Shown here in pieces: positions 37,759 through 46,477 of a DNA stretch of 64,000 bases (position 1 is its first letter; each line of letters begins with the position of its first letter). Made by a program: the position numbers and the translations under genes. Under the pieces are notes generated by a model, which saw only the letters and a program-made list of their open reading frames with translations, was not told where the DNA came from and did not search any database. The stretch is from an uncultured virus (IMG/VR IMGVR_UViG_3300034082_004432). Lineage: Duplodnaviria; Heunggongvirae; Uroviricota; Caudoviricetes. Location of the stretch: positions 1 to 64,000 of IMG/VR virus record IMGVR_UViG_3300034082_004432; one strand, given 5' to 3'.

Positions 37759-38547
37759 CTAAACTCTTCTGATTGAGCCCTCTTCTCCATCTGCCATATC
37801 TGCTTCTAAATCAATAGCATCTGCAATTGAATCGTAGCCGTCATCTTCTGGAGTGTCAAGATAATTGAAGTCTGCTCCAGCTACTCTTCTATCTCGATTG
37901 TAGTTTGTCATCTCAACTTCTCTTACTGTAGATCCTCTAACTGCATCTCCAGGAGGTTCAGCAACAAATGCACGTCCTCTGGTTTCTACTCCAGATACTG
38001 AACTATTAGCATCCAAGTTTTTTTGTTGTGCTAAGAGGTGATTGATGATAGCAGGGTTTTTCTGAACTCTTTCAGCGAACTCTTCGACTGATAAATCATC
38101 TCCTTGAAGTTGAGCTTGGGTTTGCGCAATATCAAGTGCCATAGCATAAGAAAGAGAGTCATTGGCATATCCTGCAGTGGTCACAGAATTTTCTTTATTT
38201 GCATATGCTTTTTCTGCATCAATGCTTTCAGCTTCAATAGTTTTTCCATCTACATCAACAGTTCTAAGATTATTGTTATTCTGTTGTTTGAGTAATTCTT
38301 TCTTACCCTTAATAGCTGCTTTTTCTTCAATATTATCAAATTGTTCAGGAGAAATTTTCTTCAATAATCCCAATCTAATTGAATTTCTTAGATCTTTTGA
38401 AGCTTTTACTACTTTTGGGTCTTCCCAAGTAAGGTCAATAGCTTGCAATGGTCCAAAATTTAATCTAATATCACTTACATAGTGTGGACCAAGAGTAACA
38501 TTCTGCACTATAAATGATTCTGGCTCTTGATTTACGCTCTCATTCAT
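37759..38547 (-). CDS. Hypothetical acidic protein (probable virion component)
   Basis: 262-aa ORF with SD AAGGA, ending just before a terminator. Confidence 0.65.
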   Translation of the reverse strand: MNESVNQEPESFIVQNVTLGPHYVSDIRLNFGPLQAIDLTWEDPKVVKASKDLRNSIRLGLLKKISPEQFDNIEEKAAIKGKKELLKQQNNNNLRTVDVDGKTIEAESIDAEKAYANKENSVTTAGYANDSLSYAMALDIAQTQAQLQGDDLSVEEFAERVQKNPAIINHLLAQQKNLDANSSVSGVETRGRAFVAEPPGDAVRGSTVREVEMTNYNRDRRVAGADFNYLDTPEDDGYDSIADAIDLEADMADGEEGSIRRV

Positions 38548-38551
38548 TTTT

Positions 38552-38896
38552 TCAATCCTTTTTGTTTATTGGTAATGATGTTATACCGTCCAAACCTTCT
38601 TTTCCCGTCCAATTCTCATTTGATTTAGATTCTCTCGAATTGGGATCATAAGAAGCTTTTCTTATTGATTTTTGTTCCTTGACAAAATCACTCATTTGCT
38701 TTCTTTTGACTGATGTGCCAAACTGTTTTTCTTTAGCAGTCAATCCTTCTTGAACAGAAAAAGTGTTAAAAAGTCTTTTTGCTTCTCCTTTGCCACAAGG
38801 ACAAGGAATTACAGGTTGGTAATCATTAAAGGAAAGAGAAATTGTGAATGTTTTAGGTTCAGTTTCACATTCGCACAAGTATTCGTATCTAGGCAT
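38552..38896 (-). CDS. FmdB-family zinc-ribbon protein
   Basis: MPRYEYLCEC...IPCPCG...AKRLF. Confidence 0.75.
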   Translation of the reverse strand: MPRYEYLCECETEPKTFTISLSFNDYQPVIPCPCGKGEAKRLFNTFSVQEGLTAKEKQFGTSVKRKQMSDFVKEQKSIRKASYDPNSRESKSNENWTGKEGLDGITSLPINKKD

Positions 38897-38973
38897 ATTT
38901 GCTTATAAATTGTTCAGAGTTTAAAGGTATTTGTACAATACTTTTTGAAATCTTATTAAAGGAGTCTCTAAAA

Positions 38974-39150
38974 ATGAGTTCAGAAATTACAAACGCAGGA
39001 ACCACACATCATATGTATTGTGTAAAGTGCAGAACTATGGTTATGGTTACAGCACCAAAGAAAATTGTAATGAAAAGTAGTAGACATGCACTTCAAGGTA
39101 AATGTCCTCACTGTTCAACATCTACATTCAAAATTACAAAAGCAGAATAA
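38974..39150 (+). CDS. Small Zn-ribbon protein, DUF5679-like
   Basis: SD AAGGAG before ATG 38974. MYCVKCR...MKSSRHALQGKCPHCSTSTFKI. Confidence 0.78.
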   Translation: MSSEITNAGTTHHMYCVKCRTMVMVTAPKKIVMKSSRHALQGKCPHCSTSTFKITKAE

Positions 39151-39155
39151 ACTTT

Positions 39156-41861
39156 ATGAAATTTGTATTCAATGATAGCATAACAGCTTCTATTACAACT
39201 GAAAATATTGACAATAATAATATTAATATTGTTACAAGTGGAATGATTCTTGAAAAAAGAATGGTTACTGCTGGAACATATAATACGGTTGATGACATTT
39301 TAAAAGCTTTGGCCAAAGCCGCAAATGAAGCTGATAAAAAATCTATCATGAATCATCCTGAAGTCAAAACTATACTTAGTGATCCTGAAAAGATGTTTGA
39401 ATTTACTAAGAAAATTTCAACACCATCATCAGGATCAAGTTCTTCTAGTTCTGGAAATGATCCAGCTAGCATGATTACTGATTACTTGACTGGAGGAGCC
39501 GAAAGAGTTGGTGAAGGAGCTGAAGCTTATGCGCCATTTCTTTCTCAAAAGGATCAGATAATTGCAAGATTAAAACCTCATATGTCTGACAAAGATATAG
39601 GAGAAGTTTTTTACAGATTTCTTGATGAATTAAAACTTCCTTTCACAGAAACTATTGGAATCTTAGAATTTTGTATCCAGCAATCAAGATCTTGTTATGC
39701 AAAAGTAAAAGATTTAATAAATTTTTACTTAGCTCATTATGGTCAAAAACTTCAAGGCGCCAATACAAAGAGAATTATTGAGTTAGCTTGTGAATATCAA
39801 AAATTAAATCCCACTGTAGATATTTTTTCCGTCTTAGGAGATGCTGTAGCTGGTAAACAACCAAAAGTTAATCTTGGTTATTTATCAAAAGATCCAGATT
39901 CACAATTAGTTTTCAATAACTTAATTATGCTTTCACAAGCAAGCCTTCCTGATCAAGATGAAGAAATAAGAAGACGATTCCAGAAAAGCAGAGATGCTCT
40001 AAGAAATGCACAAGAAAAAGTCAACATGCAAAGAGCTATCTATGACATGATGAAAACTGAAGAAATGAATCTTCAGTTAGAAAAAATGCTTATAAATTTT
40101 ATTGGTCCTGGTTTCAAATTACTACTGAGCAATCCTTTGTATAGAGCTCTTAAAGACATGTTCTATGATTTAAAAGCTGGTGGTATATTATTAAATCAAC
40201 TCAATTCAATTTTTGGCGCAGAATCTAATCCTACTAATCCAAGAATTACTTATCCAGAACAACAAATTGAAAGAGAGAACGTATTTCCTACTCAAAATGA
40301 GGGAAGACAACCCTTTTCTAATGAGCAATATAGATTTTTAAAATTAGCTAGTCCAGATATTACAAGACATATTTATGCGCAAACAGCTCCAGCTGCTGCA
40401 ACAGCTCCAGCAGCAAATAAACCCACTCCCCAAGAACTTCAACTTGCTGGAAATTTTGTCAAGCAAATTTTAGATAGTATAGGTAAAACAGCAACTGATA
40501 CACTTAATAGCATTACTAATGTTTTAAATAAACTTAAATTGAAAGGAATTATTACCAAGATAACAAATTTTTTCAATTCGTTGATAAATGGTATTAAAAA
40601 AATATACCAGTTAATTATTCAAGGAAAGTTGACAACTCAAGATTTAGAAAACGTATTCAGCAATATCATTGTTTCATTGTCTGGTCAGTCAAAAACTGCA
40701 TATAATCAAGATATTTCATTGAAAAATGGAAATACAAATCAAAATTCTTTCAGTCTTGTGAAGAAATCTCAAAAAAGCCCACAGCAAGGTATTACTAGAC
40801 CTGGCGGAGACGAATTAACAGCCAAGATAACTCAAGCTGTAAATATAATTGTTTCTGTAGGTACTGTAATAGCAACATTTATACTAGCACCAAGAGCAGC
40901 GGCTGTGTTAGCTGAATCTGATTGGGACAGCTTGATTAAATTGATAGGACCTGTAGTAATTGGCCTTAAAAATACATTGATACAAGTATTCTTAGAGCTT
41001 AACATAGTAGGTGGAAACGCTCCTCAGAGTTCTATGTTCTTTGACAACAATGGAAACCTTACAGACCAAGGTAAATTAATTTTATCTAATAATAGAGAGA
41101 CAATGATTGCGCTGGGAATTTCAGATGCTGATGCTTCAGCTTTTGGTAGATTTGCAGTTCAAAGAACTTACTTCATGGAGCAGCTTCGTATTAAGGAAGA
41201 TAATTTACAAGCTGCAGAATCTCAAGCAGTTCAAACAGGTAATCCAAGACAGCCTGAAACAACAGTTGGAGATTTGCCAGTAGACTTTCAAGCAAAACTC
41301 AAAGATTTCTTAAATTTCTGCACTCAAATTGAAAATCAGTTCAAAGCTAATGTTAACTTACTCAGAAATGCTTTGAAAAATACTAAGAATCTTGATCAGG
41401 CTCAACAAGCTCAAGCTAGCGGACTTTTATCTGCTTTGGAAAAAGATCTTATTGAAATTCAAGCAAAGAAAGCTGAGTGGTCGAGCATGAAAAATATTGC
41501 AGAACACATGATGAGAAAAAGACAACTTCTGCAAAAACTCAAACCTCTACAAACACAATTAAACACTTTGAAAAAATTAGGAATTCCTATGGCAAATATT
41601 ATTGCTTCTCCAAATGGAATTTTAGCTCAAGTTAGTAAAATCAGGTCAGAAGAACAACAAGCTTTGGATAAACTTAGAAAAGAATATTATGAAAAAATGG
41701 ATTTATTGAAAAATCCTGACAAAATTTCTCCTATGATGAAGCTTCCAACAAACACAGGATTGACAAAATTACCTACAAGCCCAAATCAAGTTAATACAGG
41801 ATCACCCTTTGATAAATCTGATAAGTTAGATTCTGAAAAACCTGGAGATGCAAATGTTTAA
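39156..41861 (+). CDS. Large helical/coiled-coil protein (possible internal virion or ejection protein)
   Basis: About 900 aa, Gln/Leu/Lys-rich heptads and two hydrophobic segments. Start uncertain (39156 or 39243). Confidence 0.6.
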   Translation: MKFVFNDSITASITTENIDNNNINIVTSGMILEKRMVTAGTYNTVDDILKALAKAANEADKKSIMNHPEVKTILSDPEKMFEFTKKISTPSSGSSSSSSGNDPASMITDYLTGGAERVGEGAEAYAPFLSQKDQIIARLKPHMSDKDIGEVFYRFLDELKLPFTETIGILEFCIQQSRSCYAKVKDLINFYLAHYGQKLQGANTKRIIELACEYQKLNPTVDIFSVLGDAVAGKQPKVNLGYLSKDPDSQLVFNNLIMLSQASLPDQDEEIRRRFQKSRDALRNAQEKVNMQRAIYDMMKTEEMNLQLEKMLINFIGPGFKLLLSNPLYRALKDMFYDLKAGGILLNQLNSIFGAESNPTNPRITYPEQQIERENVFPTQNEGRQPFSNEQYRFLKLASPDITRHIYAQTAPAAATAPAANKPTPQELQLAGNFVKQILDSIGKTATDTLNSITNVLNKLKLKGIITKITNFFNSLINGIKKIYQLIIQGKLTTQDLENVFSNIIVSLSGQSKTAYNQDISLKNGNTNQNSFSLVKKSQKSPQQGITRPGGDELTAKITQAVNIIVSVGTVIATFILAPRAAAVLAESDWDSLIKLIGPVVIGLKNTLIQVFLELNIVGGNAPQSSMFFDNNGNLTDQGKLILSNNRETMIALGISDADASAFGRFAVQRTYFMEQLRIKEDNLQAAESQAVQTGNPRQPETTVGDLPVDFQAKLKDFLNFCTQIENQFKANVNLLRNALKNTKNLDQAQQAQASGLLSALEKDLIEIQAKKAEWSSMKNIAEHMMRKRQLLQKLKPLQTQLNTLKKLGIPMANIIASPNGILAQVSKIRSEEQQALDKLRKEYYEKMDLLKNPDKISPMMKLPTNTGLTKLPTSPNQVNTGSPFDKSDKLDSEKPGDANV

Positions 41862-42483
41862 GAAAGTATTAGCTCAAACAGAAATATACACTCCAAAATT
41901 GACAAAAGCTGATTTTGATAAAAATGAATCTAAAGTTCAGCAAGAAATTACACAAATAGAGAAAAAATATCCTACTTATAAGCAGATAGCTGTTGATGTT
42001 ACATTTGATGGTAAAAGACAAAAACTTGACAAATTTCTAAAATTACTCAAAATAAAGCTATCAGACTTAAATGAAATTAAGAATATTAGAGGAGCTTATG
42101 ACACTCCTCTGTTCGGCAATATTGGTGGAAAAAATGTTGAAGTGTCAACTGTAGACGCTCAAGAATCCTTGAAAAGAGAAGTTGCTTCTTTAGAAAAACA
42201 AATTCAACTTAGAGAACAAGCTTTAGCAGAACTTGATGACTATGTAGTATCTTTGTTAGTTGGAGAATCTGCTACATTGAATGCACACACTAGTGCTAAG
42301 TTTATCAAGATTGCAGAAGATGATATGGTCAAAGAAGCTGATGAAGAGATAGAAGATTACTATAATTCTCTTTATGATGATTCTGAAGGTAGTCCAGATT
42401 TTGGAACTGCTCTTGAACATCCAAAAGAAACAAGAAACGAATTGACTACTAAAATTCATCACCATAGATTCAAAAAGAAATAA
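41854..42483 (+). CDS. Hypothetical coiled-coil protein
   Basis: SD GGAG (41844-41847), then ATG 41854 (MFKKVLAQ). Confidence 0.7.
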   Translation: MFKKVLAQTEIYTPKLTKADFDKNESKVQQEITQIEKKYPTYKQIAVDVTFDGKRQKLDKFLKLLKIKLSDLNEIKNIRGAYDTPLFGNIGGKNVEVSTVDAQESLKREVASLEKQIQLREQALAELDDYVVSLLVGESATLNAHTSAKFIKIAEDDMVKEADEEIEDYYNSLYDDSEGSPDFGTALEHPKETRNELTTKIHHHRFKKK

Positions 42484-42490
42484 TCTCTTT

Positions 42491-42502
42491 TACAATTAAT
42501 TT
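42491..42502 (+). promoter_or_regulatory. -10 leaderless promoter
   Basis: TACAAT (42491-42496), 6 nt, ATG 42503. Confidence 0.6.
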
Positions 42503-45500
42503 ATGTCAGATATTGATTTTATCGAATATGATAAAATTTCAATTGCTTCAGATGCTTTCGTATCATCTGCAGAGTTAAATTGTTATTTTCAGTATTTACC
42601 TTCCACAAAAGCAACTTCTTTTAATATAAAGAAAGAGTTGCATACTGCTGGCACGACTGAAGACCCTGATGATTATAAAGTCCCAGATGTTTCTATCAAA
42701 ATTTTGCCAAGAAAACTTTATAGAATTAATCCTTTTCACACAAACTACTCAGAAAATATTGAGTTAAATAAAGTAAATATTGATCCTGATATTATTTATC
42801 CAACCAAAATAAAAGAAAAAAGAGAAAAATTAATTGATTATAGTGCTTTAGGATTGAATGACGATCAAATTGAATTTATGATTGCTTTACAGAATTTAAA
42901 GTCATTAAAAACTGATGATACAATTAAGATATTAGATTTAGAACAGTTTGAATTTGTAGACGAAAAAGTTATGAATGGCTTTTTTCAGATATACCCTAGA
43001 TTCATGGAAATGCTTACAACTGGAGTAAGCTCTGGAGGTCTTGGACAATTTTATGACGACACCGAAAGTTCAGAGTCTATAAATGCAAACGAAGCATTGA
43101 TAAATGAAAGTTTGAAAAAACTCGGTTTAAATCCAAGCGAAGTTAAAGTAAAAAAAAAATTTGAAGTAAGACCAGGTAATTCAAACAAAGATTCTATCAA
43201 CGAATATTTGCAAGATATTTCTTTTTCAAATAAAAATCCATCAAATAATGTTGTTGTTAATAATAATTCTACGACAAACATCAATCAATTAAATTTACAA
43301 AATTATAATAAAATACAATCACAAATAAGATCTTCAAACGTTACAAATAATGTTACATCTTTGAATAAAACTGATTTTAATTTTGTTGATAATAATAATA
43401 GAACTTTAAATCAAATAGTAAATAATGTAAATAAATTTTCTGATTCTAGTAAAATTGATTTTGATAATATTTATAAAAGTTTCTTAAAAGGTTTGAATTT
43501 GTCTCCAAATGTTGAAAATCAATTCTTCAAAATAATCAATCAACATAGCAAGAACTTAAGTTTTGAATTTAATAGAATTTTAAATATATCAGATAAAACG
43601 GTGTATGAAACCAACCTGAAAAATTTATCTACTTCTTACAATTTCTACAGACACATTGAAAATAGATATAGAGAATTTATTCAAAATCTAAATTTTTTCA
43701 ACGACACTGTCCAAGAAATAAAACAAACAGAAATAAATTTACGAAACACTTATCAAAACATTCACAGACATAGTGTAACTCATAAAAATAATCATTACAA
43801 AAATATTCTTAATTTGACCAAAAATGTCAACTACGAATACACTGCAAATGATTATGAATTCCAATATGCAGTCTTGAAAACAATCAAGAATAGCAATCAG
43901 TATGTTGAAAGTAAAATCTCTAAGATAAAAAATGACTTGAATATAACTCAACAAAATTTATCTTTTGTCAACCATCGTGTAGTTCATATTCAAGAAAAAA
44001 CAAACAATTATATAGCTCGTGAAATTAAAAACGTTCTTAATAACACAGATTATGTCGATGAATATTCAAACATTGTAATTAATAAAATAAGTAATATTTC
44101 CAACAATCAAACTGTAAGATCTTTATTGTCCCTAGTTTCTAATGAAGAAAAATTAAATAATTTATTTACAGTTCTTAGACAAAGCAACATCAACACAAAT
44201 AATATCAAAAACTTGGTTGATGTAATAAATTTTTCAAAGAATAGTAATCTTGAAATATCCAAAGTATCAAGTTCAACTGTTGAAAATATAAAGAACTTAA
44301 TTTCTTTATCAAAAAATATTATCGATATAAACAATACTGAAAATCAAATTGTAAATAATATAGATAATAAAATATCTTCAAAAAATTTACAAGAATTTAA
44401 TTCTATTCTTAATTTATCAGAATCAAAATCGTTTACTCGAATAGCTCAGAGCTTTAAACAAGTTTCAAGCGTTTTAGAAAACTTAAACACCCTATCTGTA
44501 AATCCAAAGTTTTCATCAATTTATGTAGATCAGAAAAAAGTACAAGAAATAGAAAATGTTTCTAAAATAAATAAAACAATTAATAAATTAGATGTAAATT
44601 ATATTGTGGAAAAGTTATCAAACTTCAATACTGAAAATTTAACTGAAAAAATAGATTTGATCAAGAATATTAATGTCATTCAAGAATTCAAAAAACAAGA
44701 AAATTTTGTAAGAAAAGTTACTAGATTGGCAAAATATAATGTAAATCAAATTTCAGAAAATATTGATGCTATATCTAGCTTTGAAACAAACTTTAGTAAA
44801 ACAGAATTCAACTCAGAAATTGAAAAATTAAAAAATCTTATAAATGCGACCAAAGATATCAAGCAAACTACTGTTGATAATCTAAGCAAAATAAACATAT
44901 CTAAACTAGATAATATCAAAGTCTCTCAATTTAATTTGGTAAGCAATAATCTTGAAAAATTATCTCAGCTTACAAATGTATCCAACTTATCCCAAGAAAA
45001 CATTGATGTAATTAAGCAAATTACTTTATTGAATAACGTCAACGAAAGTAAAATAAATCAAGTTTCCAATTTGATAAATCTTACAAATTCCAAAGAAATT
45101 CAAAATCTTAAAATTTCAAATATAAATGAAATTTCAAATGTTGTTCAAAAAATTTCTAAATTTGACAATAAAGAATTATTGAATGTTATCAATTTGACAA
45201 AGATAGCGCAAGAAAGAAAAGTATACAATAGAATTTCAAACATAATTAAGAATGTTGAAATTTTGGATTCAGTAAATGTTACTCAAGAAACTGCTACTAA
45301 TATTAGTAAGATTTCTAATACTAATAATATCAATCAAATTACTAAAGATTTGAATTTAATCTCTCAAAATTATAAAGAATTCAAGACAAGCATTCAACAA
45401 ATAAATAAAGTATCTCAAGTTAAGAATATAGATCAAATAGTTAAAAATTTGAATTATGTAAACAATGTATTTCAAGAAAATAATTATGAAAATCGTTTAA

Positions 45501-46477
45501 GTAAAATTGATCAAAAAGACTTTATTACAGCTATTAATTTGAGTAAAAATTATATTCAATCATTTAATAAATTTGAAAGCAAAATAAGCAACATTTCGCA
45601 AAGACAAAGAATTAGAGAAACCTTACAAGATATTAACATTACAAATTCTGTTCAAAACAATTCAGTAGTTCAAATTACGAATAAGACTCAAAAGGTCCAG
45701 ATGCAAGAATTTATTCAGAGTTTAAACCTGTTAGAGACTGAGCAAAATACAAATATTCTCAATCGTTATAGTTTTGAAAGTAATAAGAAAAATATTTCAA
45801 ATTTATTTACTGAATTGAATTTGACTCAGCAAATAAAACAAGAAAAAAGAACTGAAAAAGAATTTGCTCGTATTTCAAAACGCATCGATAAAATGAGTAA
45901 AGAAACTATCAAAGTACAGGGAAATTCTTACAAAGTTGAACAAAATTTCTTTGACATGATGAATTTTTATAATGATCAGAAAATTTCTAAGACAAGTAAA
46001 GATAGAAAAGTTAATAATTTCTTTCAACTCTTAGATGTATTAAATGTTCAAAAAACAACAAACGAAAGAAAAGTCACTCAGAAAATACATAAAATCGAGC
46101 AGATTCAAAATCGTATCATAAATAATACATCACAAATAAAAATAGATGTCTATAAAGAGAAAAAAGAAAACTATTACAAAATAGATAACAGGCAGACATT
46201 TACTTCCAATAATTATCATTCAGAAAAAGAAGAACAGAAAAAAACTGAAAAAATAGTTGAAAACAAAGTAGAAGAGTTGTTTGTCAAGAAAATTGAAAAT
46301 GTAACAAATAATTTAGTATCCAATGTCATTACGAAAAATGAATTCAATACTATCAAAAAAGAAATAATTCAAGAAATTTTTAACATAGAAGCAAAGACAG
46401 AAGAGAAGATCAAAGAGCTGCGTAAGGAAACCCAGCAGACTGTACAAACTATGTTAGATAGATTCCTAAGAAGTTAA
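42503..46477 (+). CDS. Asn/Ile/Lys-rich low-complexity helical protein (tape-measure candidate)
   Basis: 1324 aa with no Trp, one Cys and very few Gly/Pro after residue ~230. Lies upstream of the tail tip/hub-like genes. Confidence 0.55.
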   Translation: MSDIDFIEYDKISIASDAFVSSAELNCYFQYLPSTKATSFNIKKELHTAGTTEDPDDYKVPDVSIKILPRKLYRINPFHTNYSENIELNKVNIDPDIIYPTKIKEKREKLIDYSALGLNDDQIEFMIALQNLKSLKTDDTIKILDLEQFEFVDEKVMNGFFQIYPRFMEMLTTGVSSGGLGQFYDDTESSESINANEALINESLKKLGLNPSEVKVKKKFEVRPGNSNKDSINEYLQDISFSNKNPSNNVVVNNNSTTNINQLNLQNYNKIQSQIRSSNVTNNVTSLNKTDFNFVDNNNRTLNQIVNNVNKFSDSSKIDFDNIYKSFLKGLNLSPNVENQFFKIINQHSKNLSFEFNRILNISDKTVYETNLKNLSTSYNFYRHIENRYREFIQNLNFFNDTVQEIKQTEINLRNTYQNIHRHSVTHKNNHYKNILNLTKNVNYEYTANDYEFQYAVLKTIKNSNQYVESKISKIKNDLNITQQNLSFVNHRVVHIQEKTNNYIAREIKNVLNNTDYVDEYSNIVINKISNISNNQTVRSLLSLVSNEEKLNNLFTVLRQSNINTNNIKNLVDVINFSKNSNLEISKVSSSTVENIKNLISLSKNIIDINNTENQIVNNIDNKISSKNLQEFNSILNLSESKSFTRIAQSFKQVSSVLENLNTLSVNPKFSSIYVDQKKVQEIENVSKINKTINKLDVNYIVEKLSNFNTENLTEKIDLIKNINVIQEFKKQENFVRKVTRLAKYNVNQISENIDAISSFETNFSKTEFNSEIEKLKNLINATKDIKQTTVDNLSKINISKLDNIKVSQFNLVSNNLEKLSQLTNVSNLSQENIDVIKQITLLNNVNESKINQVSNLINLTNSKEIQNLKISNINEISNVVQKISKFDNKELLNVINLTKIAQERKVYNRISNIIKNVEILDSVNVTQETATNISKISNTNNINQITKDLNLISQNYKEFKTSIQQINKVSQVKNIDQIVKNLNYVNNVFQENNYENRLSKIDQKDFITAINLSKNYIQSFNKFESKISNISQRQRIRETLQDINITNSVQNNSVVQITNKTQKVQMQEFIQSLNLLETEQNTNILNRYSFESNKKNISNLFTELNLTQQIKQEKRTEKEFARISKRIDKMSKETIKVQGNSYKVEQNFFDMMNFYNDQKISKTSKDRKVNNFFQLLDVLNVQKTTNERKVTQKIHKIEQIQNRIINNTSQIKIDVYKEKKENYYKIDNRQTFTSNNYHSEKEEQKKTEKIVENKVEELFVKKIENVTNNLVSNVITKNEFNTIKKEIIQEIFNIEAKTEEKIKELRKETQQTVQTMLDRFLRS

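Noticed and set aside
21754..38896. Extracellular contractile injection system or tailocin
   Set aside because: No sheath, AAA ATPase or VgrG/PAAR was recognised, and capsid-like and head-tail adaptor genes indicate a phage with a head.
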